37,672 nucleotides of DNA from an uncultured Methanosarcinales archaeon (GCA_964611285.1 CAZSZY010000003.1:1-37672); one strand, 5' to 3'; positions 9,876 to 18,439 are shown, counted from the stretch's first letter. Translations and numbers: made by a program. The notes: generated from the letters alone by a model not told the origin.

Positions 9876-10046
9876 TTACAAGTCTTTTGCCATAACAGTT
9901 CGACGACCATTTGCTTCTGCTCTTTTAACAGCTTTAGCAACTGCTTCTCGAACGATTTTGTCAAGTTCGTCTGCAAAATCGCCAGCAACATTATAATCGC
10001 CAATTACATCTTTAATTTTTGCTTTTACTACTAATAAATCTGCCAT
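9876..10046 (-). CDS. Archaeal histone-fold protein (short, DUF1931-like)
   Basis: MADLLVVKAKIKD...AVKRAEANGRRTVMAKDL with RxTxxxxD histone motif; GAGGTG SD places the start at 10046. Confidence 0.88.
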   Translation of the reverse strand: MADLLVVKAKIKDVIGDYNVAGDFADELDKIVREAVAKAVKRAEANGRRTVMAKDL

Positions 10047-10181
10047 TTGTTTACACCTCACAAAATGCGTTTTCTTGCGTCTTAGACGCTGTCTAATAAG
10101 AATTCTGAAAAGAAGCTATTTAAAGATTTCTATTAAGAAGGACAATTCAAAGGATTTATTTATAAAGAAGCTTTCCTTCCT

Positions 10182-10877
10182 ATGGAAAAAACAATGAAAT
10201 TAGCAATTCTCCTTTCAGGTGGAAAAGACTCTCTCTATGCAGCATATCTGGCTAGTAAAGAGCATGAGCTGGTTTGTGCCATTACAGTAAAATCTGAAAA
10301 CAAAGAAAGCTACATGTTTCACACGCCTAATATTGATCTTGTTGACTTACAAGCAGAGTCCATGAATATTCCTCTTATTATTACAACAACTAAGGGTGAG
10401 AAAGAAAAAGAACTTGATGATTTAGAGCAAGCCATTGCAAAAGCCAAAAATGACTTTGGCATAGAAGGGGTTTTAACCGGTGCAGTAGCGTCTCAATATC
10501 AAGCAAGTCGCGTACAAAGAATATGTGCGAAACTTGATCTGTGGGCAATGAACCCCCTTTGGCAAATCAATCAAATAGCATTACTTTACGAATTATTAGA
10601 AAAGAAATTTGAAGTTATTATCTCAGGAGTATTTGGCTATCCACTTGATCAGACATGGCTTGGTAAAACAATTGATGAAGATAGAATTGAAAAACTAAAA
10701 GAACTGCAACAACAATTAGGACTTAATCCCGCGGGTGAAGGTGGTGAGATAGAAACGCTTGTAGTTGACTGTCCTCTGTTTGCCAAGCGAATTAAAGTTC
10801 AAGAATCACGCGTAGAATATGAAAATCACGCAGGAGTATTTCACATCACAAAAGCAGAACTCGAGGCGAAAGAGTGA
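10182..10877 (+). CDS. dph6: Diphthine--ammonia ligase (Dph6)
   Basis: PP-loop SGGKDS, SYMFH, YQASRV, PLW, GEGGEIET. Start may be 10194. Confidence 0.92.
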   Translation: MEKTMKLAILLSGGKDSLYAAYLASKEHELVCAITVKSENKESYMFHTPNIDLVDLQAESMNIPLIITTTKGEKEKELDDLEQAIAKAKNDFGIEGVLTGAVASQYQASRVQRICAKLDLWAMNPLWQINQIALLYELLEKKFEVIISGVFGYPLDQTWLGKTIDEDRIEKLKELQQQLGLNPAGEGGEIETLVVDCPLFAKRIKVQESRVEYENHAGVFHITKAELEAKE

Positions 10878-11326
10878 AAACAGATCTAATCATACAAATC
10901 TCAAAAGTATTCTTAGACGCAAACATCAAATTTGCACTTATTGGAAGTTCAAACCTTAAACTGCAAGGTATGGATGTAGAGCCAAAAGATATTGATTTAG
11001 TCATAACAGAAAGAGACTTGGATAAAACAGTTCAATTATTTGAAACATATAACCCCTCTAAGAGACAAATACAAAAGGGATTAAGTAGTAAACCATTTTG
11101 GGAAATAACATTCTTTTTAGAAGGAATTGAAGTTCAGATTATGAGTGAGGCGGAGACAGGCGAATATGTTAGAATATTAAATGAACAACATAACTTAACA
11201 AAAATGGAAATGAACGGAATAAGCATTCCTTGTTTTACGCTTGAAGCAGAAGCAAAAGCATATGAAAGTACTCAACGAGAACAAAAAGCAAAAAACATCA
11301 GAAAGTTTATTGAGGCAAAACAATGA
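10874..11326 (+). CDS. Pol-beta-like nucleotidyltransferase domain protein
   Basis: GSS.L.LQG....PKDIDL motif; overlaps both neighbours by 4 nt. Confidence 0.65.
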   Translation: MKTDLIIQISKVFLDANIKFALIGSSNLKLQGMDVEPKDIDLVITERDLDKTVQLFETYNPSKRQIQKGLSSKPFWEITFFLEGIEVQIMSEAETGEYVRILNEQHNLTKMEMNGISIPCFTLEAEAKAYESTQREQKAKNIRKFIEAKQ

Positions 11327-11880
11327 ACATCGTTGTTATTAGCACTGTAAATACTACAAAGACATTTTATGAATTAGAATTTGTTCGACCAATAACAGAC
11401 ATCATCACTGAAGAAAGAAATACGTTTGAAGTAATTCACATAAGCAATGTAACTGAACATATCAATGAAGATAAAATAATTATTAGTGGAACTGCATATC
11501 AAGATAATGAATTTCTTAAGTACAAAGAAAACATGCAACACGTTTTTAATGCAGACATTTCTGTTTTAGGGATTTGTGCTGGAGCAGAACTATTATTGCC
11601 TGAAGATATAACACTTGAAAACGTTTCAGAGATTGGACCGCTTGTTGTTGAAAGTTTACATGAAGATAACTTAACAAAAGAACTTGATGGACAAAAATGT
11701 TACTTCTTGCATCAAAACGGTATTCGTTCAATTCCTCTTGGCAACGAAGAAGTGGTTGGATTGCTTGCGACTAAAGAAGGTGTTGCAGCATATCGCTATA
11801 AAAACAAACCAATCTGGGGTTTACAATTTCATCCAGAAGTTGATAAGAAAGATTTAATCAGAAAGTTTATTAAGAGTTAG
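11323..11880 (+). CDS. Class I glutamine amidotransferase
   Basis: IISG, LGICAG nucleophile elbow and GLQFHPE; Cys-His-Glu triad intact. Confidence 0.85.
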   Translation: MNIVVISTVNTTKTFYELEFVRPITDIITEERNTFEVIHISNVTEHINEDKIIISGTAYQDNEFLKYKENMQHVFNADISVLGICAGAELLLPEDITLENVSEIGPLVVESLHEDNLTKELDGQKCYFLHQNGIRSIPLGNEEVVGLLATKEGVAAYRYKNKPIWGLQFHPEVDKKDLIRKFIKS

Positions 11881-11895
11881 AATTCTAAAGAACAT

Positions 11896-12306
11896 ATGAG
11901 CAAAAAAGTTTTCATATCATTCAGATTTAGTGGAGAAGACACTGAATTTCTTAAGATAACCATACCTAAACTTCATGAAGCACTACAAGAGTGCGGTCAT
12001 GAACATTATTCTACATTCTTTGATGCTGAAGAAATGGAACGTGATAGATGGACTGGTAGAGAAATCATGGATAAAGCCATGCAAGAAATAGATACATCAG
12101 ATGTTATTCTATTTTTTGTTCAATCACCCGCACTTAGTCAAGGCATGCTCATAGAACTCGGCTATGCAATTGCTAAGAAAAAGAAAATGATACTTGTTAT
12201 TAAAGATATTATTAAAACGAGTATTTTCCGACGACATGTTCATCAAATTATTGAATACGATCGTCTTGAAGAATTAAAAGATAAACTAAAAGAATTGGAT
12301 TTCTAA
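11896..12306 (+). CDS. Nucleoside 2-deoxyribosyltransferase / Rcl-like protein
   Basis: KVFIS, IDTSDVIL, SQGMLIELGYA motifs. Confidence 0.75.
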   Translation: MSKKVFISFRFSGEDTEFLKITIPKLHEALQECGHEHYSTFFDAEEMERDRWTGREIMDKAMQEIDTSDVILFFVQSPALSQGMLIELGYAIAKKKKMILVIKDIIKTSIFRRHVHQIIEYDRLEELKDKLKELDF

Positions 12307-14028
12307 TTAATCGTGAGTAAACCAGAAAACAGGTTTCTTGTTCTCGTCTTTTTTATCAAGCCGACAGAATGCAAGTCGTTCAAACTGAATAACGTCATCA
12401 ACGTTAAGTTTGTTAATGTTTGGTTCGCAAATAACAGGAAGCGTTTTTGTATCAGGCATGAAAATTTCTGCATGTACTTCATTTCCATCTTTTGGAATGA
12501 AATGAATAAGTCCTGCTTTTTCTTCTGCACCCGTTGCTAAAAATTCTTCATAACTTCTACTAACAAAAACAAATTCATTTTCACTAATCTTTTTTACATT
12601 CATAGCATCCATAAATCTGACGATATGACCAATAGGAATTCCATCATTGTCCTTTTTTTCAATGAAATAATTTTCAGTTACAGCTAACTTTCTTTCACCT
12701 TTCTCTTTATGTGGATGATACGATAAAGAAAATTCTTTTAGTTCTTTTGGAATATCAGCAACTTGTATTTCTATAGGACGGGTTACTGCAAAAAAACGAG
12801 ATGCGCTTTCATCAAGTAAACTTCTGTTTACCGCAGCTATAACAGAAAAGTCAAGATTAGTTTTACTCTTGGAAAGACCAATTTTTTTAACTAGTTCATA
12901 GTAAGCTTCTTTTACAATTCCTCGACGCTTGAGTGCTCGAAGTGTGATTAATCGAGGATCATCCCAACCAATGTAATCACCAGTTTCAATTAATGCACGA
13001 ATTTCTCTTCCTTGCGTTGTAGCACCAGTTACATTATATCGACCATAATGTTTGTATTCTGGTTTTGGAAAACCTAGAAGTTCTGAAATGTAATGTTGCA
13101 ACTCTATTCGTTGATCAAACTCATTACTTCGCAATACATGAGTTACACCACATAAACCTTCTTCTACAGCATTTTCAAAATCATACATTGGCCAAACTTT
13201 ATACTTATCACCTTGTCTATAATGAGACATATAAGAAAGACGATAAATAACGGGATCTCGCATCACAGCATTCTTATGTTGCATATCAATTTTTAGTCGA
13301 AGTACTGCCGTTCCTTCAACAAGTGTTCCTGCTTTCATCTCACTCCAAAGAGTTTTGTTTTCTTCAACACTTCGGTTTCGATGTTCGCAATCTTTATTTT
13401 CGCGACGAAGAATAGCAATGGTTTCCTGTGGACAATGGCACACATAAGCATGACTTTCATCAATAAACTGTTCGGCAATTTCATAATATTTTTCCATGTG
13501 ATCACTTGCGAAAACAGTTTCATCGGGAGAAATAGCTAAATATTCTAGCACGTCTGAAGTCATAGCGTCAACGAATTCTTGAGTTTCTTTTTCAGGATTA
13601 GTATCTTCAAATCTTAAGATTACTTTTCCTTCATATTTTTTTGCATACATATAATTAATTAAGAAACTTGCCGCATGACCTAAGTGATTATACTTTGATG
13701 GCTCAGGAGGAATTCTCGTTACAACTTTTCCTTGTTCTGCGTTTGGAAGCTCAGGCAATTCTCCTGCTTTTTCTTTTCGTTCTTTTTTTTGTTCTTGCTT
13801 TTGTTTTTCGTAATCAGGATTAAGTTCGAGGAGTTTTGCTTTTTGTTCGTTTGCTGCAAATCCATTTACTTCCTCAACAACTTTGTTAATTAAGTCCATA
13901 GTGGACTTCATATCATCTTTTGCCTGGGGAGCTTCTTTCATAAGAGCGCCAACTAGTGCTTTTGGATTAGCTTGGCCACCATATTTTACAGCATTCTCTA
14001 AGGCCAGTTTACGAATAATATCTTCCAT
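12307..14028 (-). CDS. gltX: Glutamate--tRNA ligase (archaeal type)
   Basis: RIPPEPSKYNHLGH, LRFEDTNP, GWDDPRL, QFERLAFCRLD. True start MEDIIRK at 14028; the ORF-track extension overlaps a tRNA gene. Confidence 0.95.
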   Translation of the reverse strand: MEDIIRKLALENAVKYGGQANPKALVGALMKEAPQAKDDMKSTMDLINKVVEEVNGFAANEQKAKLLELNPDYEKQKQEQKKERKEKAGELPELPNAEQGKVVTRIPPEPSKYNHLGHAASFLINYMYAKKYEGKVILRFEDTNPEKETQEFVDAMTSDVLEYLAISPDETVFASDHMEKYYEIAEQFIDESHAYVCHCPQETIAILRRENKDCEHRNRSVEENKTLWSEMKAGTLVEGTAVLRLKIDMQHKNAVMRDPVIYRLSYMSHYRQGDKYKVWPMYDFENAVEEGLCGVTHVLRSNEFDQRIELQHYISELLGFPKPEYKHYGRYNVTGATTQGREIRALIETGDYIGWDDPRLITLRALKRRGIVKEAYYELVKKIGLSKSKTNLDFSVIAAVNRSLLDESASRFFAVTRPIEIQVADIPKELKEFSLSYHPHKEKGERKLAVTENYFIEKKDNDGIPIGHIVRFMDAMNVKKISENEFVFVSRSYEEFLATGAEEKAGLIHFIPKDGNEVHAEIFMPDTKTLPVICEPNINKLNVDDVIQFERLAFCRLDKKDENKKPVFWFTHD

Positions 14029-14050
14029 ACAGCTAAGAGAGAAAGAAGAC

Positions 14051-14058
14051 TTTATAAA
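14051..14058. promoter_or_regulatory. TATA box TTTATAAA shared by divergent gltX and tRNA-Ala
   Basis: About 23 nt from the gltX ATG and 33 nt from the tRNA 5' end. Confidence 0.55.
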
Positions 14059-14090
14059 TTTCTTGTAAAAACAGAAAGAAGTGTATTCTT

Positions 14091-14264
14091 GGGCGAGTAG
14101 TTCAGTCTGGTAGAATGCCCGGTTGGCAAATGAAAAAGACAAGTCATTTTCGATTTTGTCCAAAGTCCAAAAATCGGGTAATCCTGGGTTCATAGTGGAA
14201 ATGAATAATATTTCCGGATGTGCCAAGAATCATGGATTTTTTAGCACAAATCCCGGCTCGTCCA
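14091..14264 (+). tRNA. tRNA-Ala(GGC) with two introns (14129-14172 at 37/38; ~14193-14248 in the T-loop)
   Basis: Acceptor GGGCGAG/CTCGTCC-A with G3.U70; D arm; anticodon stem CCCGG/TCGGG; T stem CTGGG/CCCGG. Removing 44+56 nt gives a 74-nt cloverleaf. Intron 1 has BHB helix UUGG/CCAA. Confidence 0.88.
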
Positions 14265-14268
14265 TGTT

Positions 14269-14889
14269 TTATTTGACAAGACCATCCAAATTAAAGTCCA
14301 AAGTAAATAAGGGATTTGGACCCACAATATCTAGAAAACCTGTTTGGTACTCTTCGGGAGAATTATCCTGTTGCATACTTGCAAGTAATTGTTTAAAATC
14401 ACCATTTTGAAGGGTGGTTATAGCAGCACCAGCGTTCTTGAAAATATTCTTATCAGGGCGAAAGTATTTTTTTATGGAAACTAGGTTAAAAGACTCAACA
14501 CCAGATCTTGTTGTTCTATAGGAACCACGCAGTACTTCTATATCATACTTTTCCCTAAAATGAAACGTATAAAGTCCAGTGGGAATAGGCACTTCAAGAC
14601 CAACATGAATACCAGGTTTATTTCTGTTATGATTATAATGTTCTTCTATGACAAAAGTAGGTTCCAAATTTAAATTCTGAAATTCATCAAATGCTAAAAC
14701 AGATAGTGGCAAACAATTATTCATATAGAATACATCTCGACTCTTACGAATTTGATTAGCGCTCCTTTGACCGAATTCATCTTCTATTCTCTGATTAGAC
14801 CAGTTACCCACAATATCAACTTGCTCATTAATTTTGTCTACAACCGGTTGAAATATTTTTGAAAGAAGAGACAATTCATTTGAGTTCAT
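14269..14889 (-). CDS. Hypothetical protein
   Basis: 206-aa ORF with TATA upstream (~14912); converges on the tRNA-Ala 3' end; no family recognised. Confidence 0.6.
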   Translation of the reverse strand: MNSNELSLLSKIFQPVVDKINEQVDIVGNWSNQRIEDEFGQRSANQIRKSRDVFYMNNCLPLSVLAFDEFQNLNLEPTFVIEEHYNHNRNKPGIHVGLEVPIPTGLYTFHFREKYDIEVLRGSYRTTRSGVESFNLVSIKKYFRPDKNIFKNAGAAITTLQNGDFKQLLASMQQDNSPEEYQTGFLDIVGPNPLFTLDFNLDGLVK

Positions 14890-14990
14890 AACTACATGGG
14901 ACTAAGCAGGATTTATAAAGTTTATTGTTTTTTACTACTTAATAGTGATTTTATATGCTTAAATAGGACTGCAGGCTTAGAAGAAACACC

Positions 14991-15386
14991 ATGAAAGACT
15001 GCCTATTCTGTAAAATCATAGCCGGAGACATACCTGCAACAAAAGTCTACGAGGACGAACACTTCATTGCATTTTTGGATATTAATCCAGTAGCAAAAGG
15101 ACATACACTCCTTGTTCCAAAAGAGCATACAGCAACAATCTACGAGGTCGCTGATGAAGTTAGCAAAACATTATTTCCAACAGTACAAAAATTGCAAAAA
15201 GCAATGATACAAGCATTTGAGCCACGAAAAATAGCACTTGCTGTCTGGGCCGAAGATGTTGCCCATGCACATGTACATCTTATTCCGCGCTACGAAGGAG
15301 ATGGCCTGCAATTTTGGAAACAACATAAAGCAACACCTGATGAGCTCATTTTGGATGCTGAGAAGATAATTAATGCTCTTGACTAA
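14991..15386 (+). CDS. HIT family nucleotide hydrolase
   Basis: DCLFCKI, FLDINP..GHTLLVPK, HAHVHLIPR histidine triad. Confidence 0.93.
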   Translation: MKDCLFCKIIAGDIPATKVYEDEHFIAFLDINPVAKGHTLLVPKEHTATIYEVADEVSKTLFPTVQKLQKAMIQAFEPRKIALAVWAEDVAHAHVHLIPRYEGDGLQFWKQHKATPDELILDAEKIINALD

Positions 15387-15432
15387 AGCTTTATAAACCA
15401 ATTATTTGTTCTAAACAATGAACATTATTTAT

Positions 15433-15567
15433 GCGGGGGTAGTTCAGCCTGGTTAGATCGCCACGCTCATAAACGATCTTGAGCGATGAGTTAACGTTTG
15501 ACGTTGACGATGATTATCAAGATGTGGTGTACCGTGGAAGTCAGGGGTTCAAATCCCCTTCCCCGCA
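15433..15567 (+). tRNA. tRNA with CAT anticodon, most likely elongator Met (Ile2 not excluded), 60-nt intron ~15472-15531
   Basis: GCGGGGG/TCCCCGC-A acceptor; CCACG/CGTGG anticodon stem; AGGGG-TTCAAAT-CCCCT T arm. Confidence 0.88.
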
Positions 15568-15640
15568 CTCTTTTCATTCTTCAACGTGCTCAAAGTATAA
15601 TTCTAATGAAAAATAAGAAAAAATAGAATAAAAATAAGAA

Positions 15641-15692
15641 AAAAATGCTCAAAAATTAAAAATAATTTTTGGCACGCTTTGTAGCGAAATGA
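15641..15692 (-). repeat. Dispersed repeat family A, copy 1: double hairpin plus U-tract after the DUF5679 gene
   Basis: Matches 33931-33981, with differing but still pairing second hairpin. Confidence 0.75.
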
Positions 15693-15698
15693 AGAGAT

Positions 15699-15851
15699 TT
15701 ACTCTTCAGGCATTTTACCAATTCTAAACATTCCTGTACCACAAACAGGGCAAGTACCTTTTACACTGTCTCGGCCGTTAGCCATTTTATTTGGCTTAGG
15801 ATCTTTCATTTGACGTTTTGCCTTACACTTCACACAATATGCTTCTACCAT
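15699..15851 (-). CDS. DUF5679 small zinc-ribbon protein (50 aa)
   Basis: Below ORF-track cutoff. MVEAYCVKCKAKRQMKDPKPNKMANGRDSVKGTCPVCGTGMFRIGKMPEE; GGAGG SD upstream. Confidence 0.85.
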   Translation of the reverse strand: MVEAYCVKCKAKRQMKDPKPNKMANGRDSVKGTCPVCGTGMFRIGKMPEE

Positions 15852-15872
15852 TTTTTATTTCCTCCAGTTGGA

Positions 15873-16223
15873 TTATTCTTCCTCGCAACCTTTTGCGAGT
15901 TCTTTTAGTTCGTCGTGATGGTCGATGACCTCACGAACTGTTTTATATTGAGACTTCACAATTTTTATACCATGCTCCTCAAATAAACGAATAGTATTTT
16001 GTCCCAAACATTGTACAAATACTATTGTAGGATTAACCGCTCGCACAATTTTTTCAATCGGCGTTAAATCATCCTTTTCATGTTGAGCAGTGTTGTCAAT
16101 CACTATGAACGTTTGCGTTTCAAAATCAAACAATCCAAAAAATGGAGCGTCCGAAAATTGGTCTGCGATGAGTGAATTAACCCCGTCATTGTTATCCAAC
16201 GGGAAAAACATACGCTCAGACAT
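15873..16223 (-). CDS. NifB/NifX family (FeMo-cofactor-binding-like) protein
   Basis: F..APFF..FD, G.NTI.LF..HGIK, TVREVI pattern; follows DUF134 as is common. Confidence 0.8.
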   Translation of the reverse strand: MSERMFFPLDNNDGVNSLIADQFSDAPFFGLFDFETQTFIVIDNTAQHEKDDLTPIEKIVRAVNPTIVFVQCLGQNTIRLFEEHGIKIVKSQYKTVREVIDHHDELKELAKGCEEE

Positions 16224-16248
16224 TACTCTACGTCGCCTTTAGTAGTAC

Positions 16249-16527
16249 TTAAGCGTTTCCTATTTTAATAGCGTGCCCAAAAAGCAATGCTTTTGCTGTT
16301 TTTTCCTCAGCTTTTGCTAATATCCGTTGAAGAGTGGACTGATGGACACCCATCAGCTGCGCTGCCTGTGTCTGTTGCATGCCTTCAGCGTGGATTAAAC
16401 GCAAGGTTTCCATCTCAGGCAGAGATAGCTCTATTTCCTCTAATTCGGAGAGATAAACACCTCTGGGTTTGAAATAGGTTATTTTTGGCTTGAAGGAAAT
16501 TATTTTATCTTTAGGAGGTCTCGTCAT
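16249..16527 (-). CDS. DUF134 HTH DNA-binding protein
   Basis: MTRPPK, YFKPRG, E.LRL...EGM.Q..AA..MGV.QST. Confidence 0.9.
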   Translation of the reverse strand: MTRPPKDKIISFKPKITYFKPRGVYLSELEEIELSLPEMETLRLIHAEGMQQTQAAQLMGVHQSTLQRILAKAEEKTAKALLFGHAIKIGNA

Positions 16528-16529
16528 AA

Positions 16530-16641
16530 TGCATAATTATGCAAAAAGAAGTATAAAAAACTTACGAAGTTTTTAGAAGTTCTCAGAACATCGAACTATA
16601 AAAAAGTTATTATTAAACGAGTTATTATGCATATATATGCA
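16530..16641. promoter_or_regulatory. Two palindromic operators TGCATA-NN-TATGCA (16530-16543, 16628-16641)
   Basis: TGCATAATTATGCA and TGCATATATATGCA; the first lies between the TATA box (~16551-16558) and the DUF134 ATG. Confidence 0.65.
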
Positions 16642-16688
16642 AAATAATAAAAGAATGGCTTATAAAATGAAAGCAATTCTAGTCTAAA

Positions 16689-17420
16689 ATGGCATTGATA
16701 CCTCTTGAAGAGATAGCAAGATGGGAACCGACTAAACAAGACTTCGCAATAGGAAACATGCTAATAATTTCAGAAAATCATAACCCTAGAAGTCTTCCCA
16801 GACTATATAGTACACTTCTTTACAGCATTTTATCAGTACAAGAACGATTTGCAAGACACAAGCAAATTTTTAACGAGTTTCTTTTTCAAGACTTGTTTGA
16901 ACCTGAAGAAATAATAAAACGAAAAGACGACGTAAAAAAAATTTTAGACAGTTACGGTAAAAACTCAAGCAAGAGTCAAACTATCATTAACTCTGCAAAA
17001 GCATGGATACAACTGAGTATTAGAGATAAAATTTTTGATGATCCCGACAGATTAAGAGGTAAAGAATTACGTAAAGAAATGGTGGATGCCATGAAAGGAG
17101 TGGGAATGAAACTAGCATCACTAACTCTACGAATGGCATGCTATGAAAATCTAGCACCAATTGATAGCACCACACAACAATTTATTGAAAGTAGAGGTTT
17201 TGTATACCAAAAACCACTAACATCAGGAAAACCTCAAGGACTCAAAAATAAAGCACACGAACAATATGAAACAAAACTTGAAGAACTAGCAATGCCATAC
17301 GATGTTTCTGTAGCACTTATGCAAGCAACTATTTACGCAAAACTATCTAGTTGGAAAAAAGATTCAGGAATTCAAGAAATATACACTCCGTTATTTATTG
17401 CAAAACATTTCACTGTTTAA
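16689..17420 (+). CDS. HhH-superfamily DNA glycosylase-like protein (Ogg2-like)
   Basis: MKGVGMKLAS..LR.....LAPID helix-hairpin-helix with Lys and Asp at catalytic-like positions. Confidence 0.65.
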   Translation: MALIPLEEIARWEPTKQDFAIGNMLIISENHNPRSLPRLYSTLLYSILSVQERFARHKQIFNEFLFQDLFEPEEIIKRKDDVKKILDSYGKNSSKSQTIINSAKAWIQLSIRDKIFDDPDRLRGKELRKEMVDAMKGVGMKLASLTLRMACYENLAPIDSTTQQFIESRGFVYQKPLTSGKPQGLKNKAHEQYETKLEELAMPYDVSVALMQATIYAKLSSWKKDSGIQEIYTPLFIAKHFTV

Positions 17421-18021
17421 AAGATTGTTCTAGAATGATTACTTCGCCATCACTAAGAGTTTTGTATTTTATATTATGCTCTTTACAATACTCCACGTCT
17501 TTGTCAATTGCTACACTCTCTGGATGATCTGATTTGTAATGAGGCAGGATAAGATAATCTAGAACTCCCAAACCAGTCATAATTACTTCAGTATTGTAAG
17601 GATTTTTTGTTGGGTCATCGACATGATGCAAACCTTCTAAACGAGGTGCGAGAACACATATTCCCGCGCTCCATGCAGAGTAAACAAAATCATCAGGTAA
17701 CGTTGACAAAATATTTTCAAAACCACTAAGATGCATTGCTTCGCGCAAGACATATGCATTACCACCGGAAACCATCACACCACCATAAAATTTTAATTTC
17801 TCAGAAAGTTCTTTTTCCTTACCAAAATAATCTTTTAAGTCAAGAACTTCTGCATCGATATCAGCAGATTCAAGCAAAGGTAAATGGTGAGCATAATTAA
17901 TTTTTTCAGCATCCAAAAAGTCAATAGCATTAGGAATAAGAGCAATACGTCTATTACCAATCATTTCTTTGAGCTGATCTGCTTTATCGCCGAGCTTATA
18001 AGAAGATAAATAAAATTTCAT
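17410..18021 (-). CDS. Peptidase E (S51 family)
   Basis: IPNA, SGGNAY.LR, WSAG, ILPHY. True start MKFYLSS at 18021; the ORF-track extension overlaps tRNA-Glu. Confidence 0.88.
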   Translation of the reverse strand: MKFYLSSYKLGDKADQLKEMIGNRRIALIPNAIDFLDAEKINYAHHLPLLESADIDAEVLDLKDYFGKEKELSEKLKFYGGVMVSGGNAYVLREAMHLSGFENILSTLPDDFVYSAWSAGICVLAPRLEGLHHVDDPTKNPYNTEVIMTGLGVLDYLILPHYKSDHPESVAIDKDVEYCKEHNIKYKTLSDGEVIILEQSFKQ

Positions 18022-18063
18022 AAGAGAAGAAAAGGATAAAGAAATAAAAATGTTTGTAAAAAA

Positions 18064-18184
18064 TGCTCTCGCCGGGATTCGAACCCGAGTCTCGGCCTTT
18101 CTATCACCAAAAACAAATTGCAAGCAATTATGAGCTTTCCGTGTCGAGAGGGCCGAATGATTGGCCGGACTACACTACAAGAGC
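18064..18184 (-). tRNA. tRNA-Glu(CTC) with 46-nt intron at 37/38 (18099-18144)
   Basis: GCTCTTG/CGAGAGC-A; CGGCC/GGCCG anticodon stem; 75 nt after splicing; relaxed BHB. Confidence 0.92.
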
Positions 18185-18192
18185 ATAAAATA

Positions 18193-18266
18193 TGAACCCA
18201 AGGGGATTTGGACCCCCGACCTTCCGGTTAAGAGCCGGATGCTCTACCAGACTAAGCTATAGGTCC
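18193..18266 (-). tRNA. tRNA-Lys(CTT), no intron
   Basis: 74-nt cloverleaf, TCCGG-CT-CTT-AA-CCGGA; T-loop reads TCCAAAT. Confidence 0.92.
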
Positions 18267-18353
18267 ACATAAAAAATTAAGAAAGAAGACTTCATTTATA
18301 AAACAAGCATATGAATAAGTTAACAGAATAGTAATTTCTTCTTTCAAAAAAAA

Positions 18354-18439
18354 TGGCGCCAAGACCCGGATTTGAACCGGGAATTCCGTGAGGAACTGGT
18401 GTTCGAGACCAGCGCAATACCGGATTATGCGATCTTGGC
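18354..18439 (-). tRNA. tRNA-Ser(CGA), long variable arm, encoded CCA
   Basis: GCCAAGA/TCTTGGC-G-CCA; CTGGT-CT-CGA-AC-ACCAG. Confidence 0.94.

Noticed and set aside
14029-14410. 66-aa N-terminal extension of GluRS and + strand ORF 14123-14410
   Set aside because: Both overlap the intron-containing tRNA-Ala and its promoter; GluRS homology starts at MEDIIRK.
14269-14889. Integrated element at the tRNA-Ala 3' end
   Set aside because: Orphan gene only; no integrase and no duplicated att sequence found.
15873-16223. Nitrogen fixation inferred from the NifX-like protein and nifJ
   Set aside because: No nifHDK; both families are widespread in non-diazotrophs.
18022-18123. N-terminal extension of peptidase E
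   Set aside because: Reads through the tRNA-Glu gene; the real start is 18021.
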